Source: a virus
Taxonomy: Duplodnaviria > Heunggongvirae > Uroviricota > Caudoviricetes
Length of the DNA stretch: 27,026 nucleotides
Direction: 5' to 3' (one strand)
Virus record (IMG/VR): IMGVR_UViG_2690316099_000006
A program made the position numbers and the translations under genes. This document shows positions 17,953 through 26,056 of the stretch, piece after piece. Position 1 is the first letter of the stretch. Each line of letters begins with the position of its first letter. Under the pieces are notes generated by a model, which saw only the letters and a program-made list of their open reading frames with translations, had not been told where the DNA came from and searched no databases.

Positions 17953-18192
17953 CTATTTACTCTTCTCGGCCCTCAAAATCATACGAGAACCATCATCCAG
18001 CTCCCAATTAATTTCACCGCCTTCTGCCATGACTAGATGCCAAACGAGTTGAGCGGCCTCGTTGGTTACATCGCGACCGCGATCATTTCCTACGCGGCGT
18101 TTTGTTCCGTCTCCTAAGTCACGCATTTTTGCCAATACGATGGTTTTTGATAGCGGTGAAAAACCAAGCTGTAGTCGTGCTGAATTACTCAC
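17953..18192 (-). CDS. Hypothetical protein (79 aa), accessory operon
   Basis: ORF whose start overlaps the upstream gene stop (18189/18192), suggesting translational coupling. No family recognised. Confidence 0.45.
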   Translation of the reverse strand: MSNSARLQLGFSPLSKTIVLAKMRDLGDGTKRRVGNDRGRDVTNEAAQLVWHLVMAEGGEINWELDDGSRMILRAEKSK

Positions 18193-18590
18193 TGGCTGCC
18201 CCCTTTGTACTGTGTTAACTCTTCCTGCTCCTGCATCATGCGATTGACCTGAACGCGTGTGCGTCGAACGGCAAAATTAAATTGAAACATGAGCCGGAAC
18301 ATTTCTGATGCTTCCGTGTGAGCATCACGGATAGGTGACAGGCGGTACAGTTCTGCCTCCGTAGCTTGTTGAATCAATGACAGATCAAATTGAAGTGCGG
18401 GTCTGGTACATTTTGCACATCTGGCAGCAAGCTCCGGTATTAGTCTCTTAACGAAGGTGTTTTGCACCGCTTTGTTGATTTGTGTCTGCATCCAAATCGC
18501 AAATTTCAGCGAACGCATAAGTTTGATAGCCTCGGGCAGCGGCAGATAGATCATGCTGGTAGATTTGGGTGGTTGGTGAACCATCTTCAC
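18189..18590 (-). CDS. Hypothetical protein (133 aa), accessory operon
   Basis: ORF immediately after masked block 18622-19260, same strand as the ParM-like gene. No family recognised. Confidence 0.45.
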   Translation of the reverse strand: MKMVHQPPKSTSMIYLPLPEAIKLMRSLKFAIWMQTQINKAVQNTFVKRLIPELAARCAKCTRPALQFDLSLIQQATEAELYRLSPIRDAHTEASEMFRLMFQFNFAVRRTRVQVNRMMQEQEELTQYKGGSQ

Positions 18591-19260
18591 GGATACGCGA
18601 TTTCGCAGCGTTCGGAAAATCNNNNNNNNNNNNNNNNNNNNNNNNNNNNNNNNNNNNNNNNNNNNNNNNNNNNNNNNNNNNNNNNNNNNNNNNNNNNNNN
18701 NNNNNNNNNNNNNNNNNNNNNNNNNNNNNNNNNNNNNNNNNNNNNNNNNNNNNNNNNNNNNNNNNNNNNNNNNNNNNNNNNNNNNNNNNNNNNNNNNNNN
18801 NNNNNNNNNNNNNNNNNNNNNNNNNNNNNNNNNNNNNNNNNNNNNNNNNNNNNNNNNNNNNNNNNNNNNNNNNNNNNNNNNNNNNNNNNNNNNNNNNNNN
18901 NNNNNNNNNNNNNNNNNNNNNNNNNNNNNNNNNNNNNNNNNNNNNNNNNNNNNNNNNNNNNNNNNNNNNNNNNNNNNNNNNNNNNNNNNNNNNNNNNNNN
19001 NNNNNNNNNNNNNNNNNNNNNNNNNNNNNNNNNNNNNNNNNNNNNNNNNNNNNNNNNNNNNNNNNNNNNNNNNNNNNNNNNNNNNNNNNNNNNNNNNNNN
19101 NNNNNNNNNNNNNNNNNNNNNNNNNNNNNNNNNNNNNNNNNNNNNNNNNNNNNNNNNNNNNNNNNNNNNNNNNNNNNNNNNNNNNNNNNNNNNNNNNNNN
19201 NNNNNNNNNNNNNNNNNNNNNNNNNNNNNNNNNNNNNNNNNNNNNNNNNNNNNNNNNNNN

Positions 19261-20176
19261 GTGGCACCCCGTCCGCGATGAAAGTCGCATTAACTCCGCA
19301 GGCTTCGCGGATAGCGGGTGCCACAATCTCCGCCCCTCCACCGACAACCATCACCCGCCCGTAACCCGAAAAACCCGCCAGCGCGCGGATCACGCGTTGT
19401 TTCAGTGTTTCTTCCTTTTCACGAATAACCGCCATCAGGCTGGCGTAATGCGCGTCATTGTGGATGTGCTGGCGCAGCCAGGCTTCATCATGGCGATGTT
19501 CGATAATGGTATTGGCGATGTGGTGACTGGTGCGCATACCGTTAGTGGCCATCACCGACAGTACGGCATCGGCCATCAGAGAAACGCCTACGTGTGGATC
19601 GCAAAACACCTGGCTGATACCTGCCAGTTGCCCCTGAACCTTTGCCACATCCAGCGTGGTTCCGCCCAAATCCACAATCAGCAGGGATTCAAACGGACTC
19701 ATGTCAGCCAGTGCCTTAAAGCCAGCCGGAATGGATTCAGGCATAACCCGCACGTTACGGATAGTGAATGCTTCGCCGTTCTGGTACTCCACCGGGCGCA
19801 TAACGTTCGCTTTTTTGCGGTTGATGTTGGCCATGTCCGGCTGTGCGTTTGTGTCGAAATACTCGCTCAGTGGCAGGGTGACAACCACATCCACCTCCTG
19901 TGGCGTGATGCCTGATTTGACCAGCGCGTGATGAATGGCAATGACATTTACATCGCTGTACTGGTATTGCGTGTCGGTTGTCTGGACAAAGCGATCGCTG
20001 ACCGGATCAAAACCATAGCGCACGCCATCAAGCATGTAGTTCGCGGGCTGCATGCCACCGAACGGCGCAGACCATTCCGACTTGAAGCTGTTCGGGCTGA
20101 TGGCGTTGCGGCGTTCGCCGTTCTCAGTCCATGCCAGCTTGATGTTGGTGGAGCCGTCGTCGATACAAATTTTCAT
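19261..20176 (-). CDS. Actin-fold ATPase, ParM/StbA family (visible N-terminal ~305 aa; C-terminus in mask)
   Basis: MKICIDDGSTNIKLAW...ISPNSFK...YSDVNVIAIHHAL...NINRKKAN...FTIRNVRVMPESIPAGF...SLLIVDLGGTTLDV...GVSLMADAV...FSGYGRVMVVGGGAEIV carries the actin-fold phosphate-1, phosphate-2 and adenosine motifs in ParM order and spacing. AAGGA lies 8 nt upstream of the ATG at 20176. Confidence 0.8.
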
Positions 20177-20205
20177 GTCGCTTTTCCTTATGTTGATTAA
20201 TTAAT

Positions 20206-20319
20206 CGTTTACGGGATTCTGAAATCCCGTTTTTGCCTGTTTTGTGCGCGCTTCATATATCGCTGCGCGTTTTTTGCTCATTTACGGGATTCGTGAGTCC
20301 CGTTTCTGTCTGTTTTTTG
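20206..20319 (+). repeat. Two ~40-bp direct repeats, each with a hairpin, upstream of the ParM-like gene
   Basis: CGTTTACGGGATTCTGAAATCCCGTTTTTGCCTGTTTTGTG (~20206-20246) and CATTTACGGGATTCGTGAGTCCCGTTTCTGTCTGTTTTTTG (~20279-20319). Each has ACGGGA(T)...(A)TCCCGT followed by a T-run on the plus strand. Confidence 0.55.
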
Positions 20320-23097
20320 TTTCCACTGGTCAGGCCACCCCGCAGCAGGTCTGCTTTGCGGCGGGCGCGTTCAGTGGTTTCACTGATTCTCTGTGCGTGC
20401 TCTGCGTCGCGGATGGCGCGCAGCATGTCAGAAAGCACGGTAACGGGTGTTTTCATGGTGTTCTGGTCCTGCTGAAGTGTGGATGCCAGGCGTGCGGCGG
20501 CTTCAGGGTCTGATGCCCCCAGCTGTGTCAGATAGCTGGCGACCGGGTTATGGCGGATCTCCGTGCTGCTTACGCCATGATTACGGCTCAGGCGCTGCCA
20601 GAGCTGCGTGATTCGGCTGTCCGGGCGGGTATCCGGTTTGCGTACAATTTCAAATCCCTGCGGTGCAATGATGCTGCCGTCAACGTACAGACTGCCGCCC
20701 CGTAACAGGTGCTGCATCTGTTGTTCACCGATATGCAGGCCGAGAGATTCAGCAGACTCCCGCCATTCTTTAGCGAGTAATTCGTGGTTATCAGGCAAAG
20801 GCCGCTGCTGTTTGCGGCTCTGTGTCCAGCTCTGCATTTCATCACTGCTGTTTTTTGCCTGTTTGTCACGAAGCGAACGCATCAGCGCCCGGCGTTCGTG
20901 CCGTTTCAGTGAGCGCATCCATTCATCCACATCAACGCCGTCAGGGAGCTGCGGCCACGGTGCTGGCCGTTCTTCCGGCTGTTCTGTCCCGTTGTTGTCC
21001 GTTTCCTGTACACGGGGACAGTTATTGCCACGAGTCCAAGGGGCGGCAGGGCCGCCCTGAAGGTCAAAACCATTTTCGCGGGCGCTGTCTTCCGCTTCCG
21101 GTTTGCGTCTTACCAGCTTCCAGTTATCCGGATGCGTGCACACACGGGAGGATTCCCCGATGAGTGGTGACCAGATCCCGTAAATCTGTACGCTCTGTTC
21201 GCCGTAATCGTTCAGCTCATCGGCGAGGTCGTAGGCGGTGCGAATCAGGTAGTCTTTGCGTGGAACAAGTACGCCGCCCTGTTTCTCTATGTAGGTGGCA
21301 AAACATCCGGCATCAGCGGCGGCAAGAACCGCATCCATTGCGTCATCCTTCAGCCGTTGCGGGCCTTCCGGGTTGCGTGCCATCTGGCTGGCAAGGCGGC
21401 GCAGTTCACGCCATACCTGGCGGGAGGGGATGCCAAAGAACTGGAACTGGCGGACCCGGNNNNNNNNNNNNNNNNNNNNNNNNNNNNNNNNCCCAGCCGA
21501 TGGCGCGTTCCACGCTCTCGGCCATTGATTTTCCGGTTTCGTGGTCAACGCGTGGCTTGCCCGTTTTCGGGTCGATGCCATCCACGGCGCGGCTGTCCAG
21601 GTTTTTCCCGATGTAGGTGGCGATGTAGCTGGTTGGCGTGCCTTTTGAGCCGTCTACATACTCCGCCTTAAAGCGCGGAGTTATGTCATCGCCCAGCTCG
21701 TGACGATCTTCCTGAATGGCAATATCGCGGGTGTGGGACACAATGGTGTCGATTTCTTCCGGATGAGCAAAGACCATCATATGCCAGTGCACGGTGCCGT
21801 CATGGTGAGGCTCCGCCGTGCGGATGCCATACCAGCGCAGGCCGTCGCGGTTCAGTTTTTTGCGGACCGTCGCAAAAAACGTGTTAACCAGGTAATCGCT
21901 GGAGTCGCGCATTGTGGCCCCGTTCCATTTGGGATTCGGATGACCGTTCTCCGTTGTGGCGTGGTATTTTGACGGGCAGGTGACAGTCAGAAACACCGCT
22001 TTGTCGCCACGGGCTTCGGCCAGAAGTTCCAGCCCCTTCATGGTGGCCATCATTTCTGCCTTACGGTGAACCGGGTTACTTACTCCCGCGTAATACACCG
22101 TCTCGAGATCAATCGTGAACCCGTCTTCATTTTCCAGCATGAAACTTTTCAGGAAATCGCGTGTTTTCTCGCGCTGTGCGCGAAACTCGCTTAACGCGTC
22201 CTGGCTCAGATAGGGCGATGTTTTTCTGGAAACCAGACAGGCGGCGCGAAGTTGTTCTTCTCTCCACTCGCAACGTAACAGCCACAGTTTGCGTTTCCAC
22301 CATTCCGCACAGGTCAGGCGAAGGATTGCGCCCGGCAGCAGTTCTGTGTCCGGTTCGTGCCTCCGGTCTTTGTCTGTTGTCAGTGCGTCATAATGCGGAG
22401 GCATGGCGTGTAAGTGTAACGCCATGCGGGCCAGCATCTGATACGCCTTCAGCGTTACATCCATGGTCAGCTCGCCATCAGTCGCGCCAAAACCATCGCA
22501 GAGTTTTTCGAAGGTGCTGCTGAACATCGCCGCCGTCATGGTGGCCAGCGTCTGTATCTGGTGTTTGTTGAGTTGCGGCAGGTAAAGCAAATCGTCCAGG
22601 CGTTCACGTCCGGCAAGGGAGCGATAACCCGGTGTCAGCCAGTGTCCGTCAGTGCGATCCAGACGTTCGAATATTTTGCGCAGGGTTCCGCGTGCATAGC
22701 GTTCCGCCTGCCAGCTCTTTTTGCCTTTCCGGCGATCGGCTTCCTGTTTTTTGCGCAGGAAGGAGAGGTGGCGAATAAGCGGATCGCGCAGATAGGACGG
22801 CAGCAGGCGCAGCGAGGCCATGGCTTCATCCACCGCGCCGCGTGCCTGTTTTCTGGCGTCTCCTGCCAGTGTGATGGTTTTGTCCTGTTTTTCCTGTGCG
22901 TCCAGGCTTTTATTAATCAGGTTGCCCAGTGGCGTGGCGGAGAACGCCGCATCAGCCATTTCCTGGCGGCGCTCGTTCTCTGCCCGGTGGGCATCCAGCC
23001 AGGAGGAAAGCGCGGATTCAGGAGCGGGGATCCCCGTTCCTTCACGCCCCACTGCGTGGCGCGGTTGTTGCCAGTCCCTGATGTACTCTGCCGTCAT
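20253..23097 (-). CDS. A: Replication initiator (rolling-circle endonuclease) A; frame appears to change across masked block 21460-21491
   Basis: N-terminal 535 aa (21492-23097) has ...MKGLELLAEARGDKAVFLTVTCPSKYH...GTVHWHMMVF...TPTSYIATYIGKNL... typical of P2 gpA. Downstream of the 32-nt mask an open ~400-aa frame continues to 20253 in a different frame. Confidence 0.75.
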
Positions 23098-23103
23098 AGT
23101 GAT

Positions 23104-23469
23104 TTACTTCGTCATGCCATTCAGGGTGTCGCGGCAGACTGTAGCCAGCCGCTGAATTTCCAGCACGGTGTCTTCTGTGTCGGCATGGCGATGTGTGATG
23201 CGGATGCTGTCGGCAATCACATCGACGATTGCAGAGGATGGGCGCTGGTAAATGCCAATAACGGACGGGGTGCCACCTTCAATGCGGTAAAGCCTGTAAT
23301 TTCCCTCGTGGCTGTCAATCATGTAGCGACCATCAATAACAATCTTTCCGTCAGCGAGCTGCGGTACAGGCAGGGATTTCAGGTACATGTCATAACGATC
23401 ACGCACGCGAGCGGCAAGATCACGCTCTGTGTTGAGCAGGTATTCAAGAAAGTCGTTGGCGAGAATCAT
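23104..23469 (-). CDS. Hypothetical early-operon protein (121 aa), immediately upstream of A
   Basis: ORF whose stop abuts the A start, same strand; position of P2 orf83-type genes. Confidence 0.5.
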   Translation of the reverse strand: MILANDFLEYLLNTERDLAARVRDRYDMYLKSLPVPQLADGKIVIDGRYMIDSHEGNYRLYRIEGGTPSVIGIYQRPSSAIVDVIADSIRITHRHADTEDTVLEIQRLATVCRDTLNGMTK

Positions 23470-24020
23470 TGCGGCAATCCTCTTGTTACAGATGTGCGAA
23501 GGCCTCCCNNNNNNNNNNNNNNNNNNNNNNNNNNNNNNNNNNNNNNNNNNNNNNNNNNNNNNNNNNNNNNNNNNNNNNNNNNNNNNNNNNNNNNNNNNNN
23601 NNNNNNNNNNNNNNNNNNNNNNNNNNNNNNNNNNNNNNNNNNNNNNNNNNNNNNNNNNNNNNNNNNNNNNNNNNNNNNNNNNNNNNNNNNNNNNNNNNNN
23701 NNNNNNNNNNNNNNNNNNNNNNNNNNNNNNNNNNNNNNNNNNNNNNNNNNNNNNNNNNNNNNNNNNNNNNNNNNNNNNNNNNNNNNNNNNNNNNNNNNNN
23801 NNNNNNNNNNNNNNGTTAGTGGGTTGCTACACCCAAACGGCATCAGGTTTACCTGATAAGAAAAGCGACCGCCTGTTTTGCGCTCTTTTCTTGTGACTAA
23901 ACCGCTGCGCCAGAGACGGCGTAGCTCCGCATTAATGGTTGTGGTTGGTGTATTCAGTGCTGCGGCGATTTCTCCACTGCTACAACCCGGATTGGCAGCG
24001 ATGTAGTCCAGAATGGTCAT
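23466..24020 (-). CDS. Hypothetical protein with N-terminal winged-helix-like segment; interior 23519-23814 masked
   Basis: MTILDYIAANPGCSSGEIAAALNTPTTTINAELRRLWRSGLVTRKER... looks like a wHTH. Length and frame through the mask are unverified. Confidence 0.4.
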   Translation of the reverse strand: MTILDYIAANPGCSSGEIAAALNTPTTTINAELRRLWRSGLVTRKERKTGGRFSYQVNLMPFGCSNPLXXXXXXXXXXXXXXXXXXXXXXXXXXXXXXXXXXXXXXXXXXXXXXXXXXXXXXXXXXXXXXXXXXXXXXXXXXXXXXXXXXXXXXXXXXXXXXXXXXXXXXXGGLRTSVTRGLPQ

Positions 24021-24220
24021 CTGCGTGACTCCTGTACCTGTCTGATAAGATTCACCTGCACCACGTTGGTGGCGCAGAAGTAAGTGCCGTCAGTGAGATA
24101 GATATGATGTGCATCCTTTTCTGAACGGTGTTTGTCGATTGTGGTAATCAGGCGTTCGTCAACTTCGTATTCACGTCCTCTGGAGGTGAAACGAACGACA
24201 GGAAAATGCTTAATTGCCAT
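24017..24220 (-). CDS. Hypothetical small protein (67 aa)
   Basis: AAGGAGG lies 5 nt upstream of the ATG at 24220 (MAIKHFPVVRFTSRGREYEV...). The listed ORF start at 24271 is probably too long. Confidence 0.55.
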   Translation of the reverse strand: MAIKHFPVVRFTSRGREYEVDERLITTIDKHRSEKDAHHIYLTDGTYFCATNVVQVNLIRQVQESRR

Positions 24221-24416
24221 TACGCCTCCTTGGCGTGTGCGAATACCTCCGCGAATGCGGATTGTTTTCACATTTTCTTATTTAACCTAGGGTCTTATTT
24301 GCGCGGTTATTCTTCAGTGAAAAAGCGTTCAATCTTTTTTACTGAATTAATAATTCGCATAATCCCAATGGCGCAGACCACCGAAATAATCAGAACAAGC
24401 CATGAAATAAATATAC

Positions 24417-24662
24417 TCATGCGATATTTCCCAGCTTATACGGTTCAATATGTTCCCCGCATTCTGCGGCACAGATCAGCTCGGAAAGTTCGTTAAGTGC
24501 ATCCAGATCATCAGCGTAAAAAGCCACGTCATACAGACTTCGGATTGCTCTGGTCAATGAGTCACGGGCCGCACGTTCAGCATGAGCGCCTGATGCACTT
24601 AACGAACTTTCCGAGCTGATCTGTGCCGCATTAATGAGAGTTTTATATTCTTTGCCCATCAC
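24417..24662 (-). CDS. Hypothetical small protein (81 aa) containing a 39-bp perfect inverted repeat
   Basis: ORF MMGKEYKTLINAAQISSESSLSAS...DALNELSELICAAECGEH...; both repeat arms lie inside the coding frame. Coding status uncertain. Confidence 0.4.
   Translation of the reverse strand: MMGKEYKTLINAAQISSESSLSASGAHAERAARDSLTRAIRSLYDVAFYADDLDALNELSELICAAECGEHIEPYKLGNIA
24465..24630. repeat. Perfect 39-bp inverted repeat (arms ~24465-24503 and ~24592-24630) around an ~88-bp spacer
   Basis: Left arm TGCGGCACAGATCAGCTCGGAAAGTTCGTTAAGTGCATC; right arm is its exact reverse complement GATGCACTTAACGAACTTTCCGAGCTGATCTGTGCCGCA. Verified base by base. Confidence 0.75.
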
Positions 24663-24670
24663 AACGCCCT

Positions 24671-24958
24671 TTAATCTGCTTTCTGTATTTCAGCTTCTGA
24701 ATCCATACAAATAATTTCGATATAGGGTTCATCGCCATTAACCTGGCGTGCCTTTTCATCTTCGCTGATGATTTCTCGTACGGTCTGGTACGGAAGTTCC
24801 ACAAGCAGTCGCGTGCCGTTCAGATAAACGTAAGTGGCTTCGTCGGCTCCGTTTTTACCCGCCGGAGTCACTCCGTCAATAGCGGATGCACGTAATAACA
24901 GTTCACCGCGAAAATCAATAAAACGGATAAATACACCTTGTGCATTGTCTTTGGTCAT
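24671..24958 (-). CDS. Hypothetical early-operon protein (~95 aa)
   Basis: From the internal ATG: MTKDNAQGVFIRFIDFRGELLLRASAIDGVTPAGKNGADEATYVYLNGTRLLVELPYQ... The longer listed start would overlap the upstream gene. Confidence 0.5.
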   Translation of the reverse strand: MTKDNAQGVFIRFIDFRGELLLRASAIDGVTPAGKNGADEATYVYLNGTRLLVELPYQTVREIISEDEKARQVNGDEPYIEIICMDSEAEIQKAD

Positions 24959-24968
24959 AAAGCACCTG

Positions 24969-25307
24969 TTATAAATCAGCCTGTTTAATAAAACTTTGCC
25001 CGCGAAGCAGACGATCAACCGTGCGAAGTGCTTCGTATAATGTGAAATCCTGCCCGAACTGATTGTCGCCACAGCTCAGTGCAAAAATGCGGTTTCCGGT
25101 AAACGGATTGCGTGGGCATTTGTGGATCACGATTCCAGCTTTCTCAATCAGCCAGGCGTGCTCGCCGATTTGTTTTACTGGGTAGCCATCCGGCGTTGCG
25201 TGTGTATCACTCAGGCTGTAGCGGATGTTGCTGCGTGATGCACTGGTAGTGAAACGGTTAGCGTGGCGTTCTGTTCCGGTACAAAAATTACGGCGTTGCT
25301 TCAGCAT
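24969..25307 (-). CDS. Hypothetical early-operon protein (112 aa), first gene after cox
   Basis: ORF directly downstream of cox on the same strand; no family recognised. Confidence 0.5.
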   Translation of the reverse strand: MLKQRRNFCTGTERHANRFTTSASRSNIRYSLSDTHATPDGYPVKQIGEHAWLIEKAGIVIHKCPRNPFTGNRIFALSCGDNQFGQDFTLYEALRTVDRLLRGQSFIKQADL

Positions 25308-25321
25308 AAAATGACACCTCG

Positions 25322-25600
25322 TTATTTTGTCATCTGCACGTATTTCTCTGCGTTTCTGATGGTTTTCAGGAAAATTGCGAAGAGATTTACTTTGCGTTTT
25401 GTGTTTCTTCCTTCTTGAGTAACGGGAATTACCGATCTATCAGCCTGCCTTCTTACAGCGAGAATGCTTTGATTTGTGCGTTTCGCATAATCCTCTAGGC
25501 TTTCTTCAAGTACCGGTAGCCCATGTTCATTACGGTATGGGTAGAACGCCGCCAAACGCTCAAAATCCGCTTGTTCGTATGTGTTAAGGACTTTTGCCAT
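25322..25600 (-). CDS. cox: Cox-like excisionase / early-operon repressor
   Basis: 92 aa, divergent from C across a 95-bp intergenic region. ...YAKRTNQSILAVRRQADRSVIPV... parallels P2 Cox ...FAKLIGKSTGAVRRMIDKGKLPVI... Confidence 0.65.
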   Translation of the reverse strand: MAKVLNTYEQADFERLAAFYPYRNEHGLPVLEESLEDYAKRTNQSILAVRRQADRSVIPVTQEGRNTKRKVNLFAIFLKTIRNAEKYVQMTK

Positions 25601-25695
25601 GGTGTGATAACCTATTCAATCTGGTGCTATTTGTGGCTCTTTGTAGCGTCAAGTGGTACTCAACTGATAACCAATATAGTATTCAGGTGCACACC
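25601..25695. promoter_or_regulatory. Immunity switch region: face-to-face early and repressor promoters with direct-repeat candidate operators
   Basis: Between cox (minus) and C (plus). TGATAACC...ATTCA..GGTGC occurs twice in direct orientation (~25607 and ~25666). Confidence 0.5.
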
Positions 25696-26007
25696 ATGTC
25701 AATAGAGATATCAAAGAAGCTAAAAGCAATTCGAGAATCTGAGGGGCTTAGTCAGGCAAAGTTCGCGGATTCAATAGGTATTGCGGTTGGTACGGTTAAG
25801 CAATACGAGACTGGTATTCGAGGTGTGGGAACGGAGGTTTTACTGAAAATCACAATGCACCCGGAATTTAAAAAATACACTACGTGGTTGATGAGTAACG
25901 AAACAAATGAGGCTGCTGGGCAGATCAGTCCTTCTCTCTCCCCTGATGGGCCAGAAAACACATCGTCTTCTCAAAAATCCCGCAAGACTGGCACACAGCC
26001 CGGCTAA
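25696..26007 (+). CDS. C: Immunity repressor C (XRE-type HTH)
   Basis: From the internal ATG at 25696: MSIEISKKLKAIRESEGLSQAKFADSIGIAVGTVKQYETG...PEFKKYTTWLMSNE...GQISPSL matches P2 C (MSNTISEKIVLMRKSEYLSRQQLADLTGVPYGTLSYYESG...PQFTKYTLWFMTNQIAPESGQIAPAL). Confidence 0.85.
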   Translation: MSIEISKKLKAIRESEGLSQAKFADSIGIAVGTVKQYETGIRGVGTEVLLKITMHPEFKKYTTWLMSNETNEAAGQISPSLSPDGPENTSSSQKSRKTGTQPG

Positions 26008-26056
26008 TCATGGAACGCTGGGGGCATGGTGGTCTTGTAACGCTGGGGCTTCACGA

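Noticed and set aside
22561-23856. The 431-aa plus ORF and other ORFs antisense to gene A
   Set aside because: Antisense to A, whose identity is well supported; partly bridged by mask.
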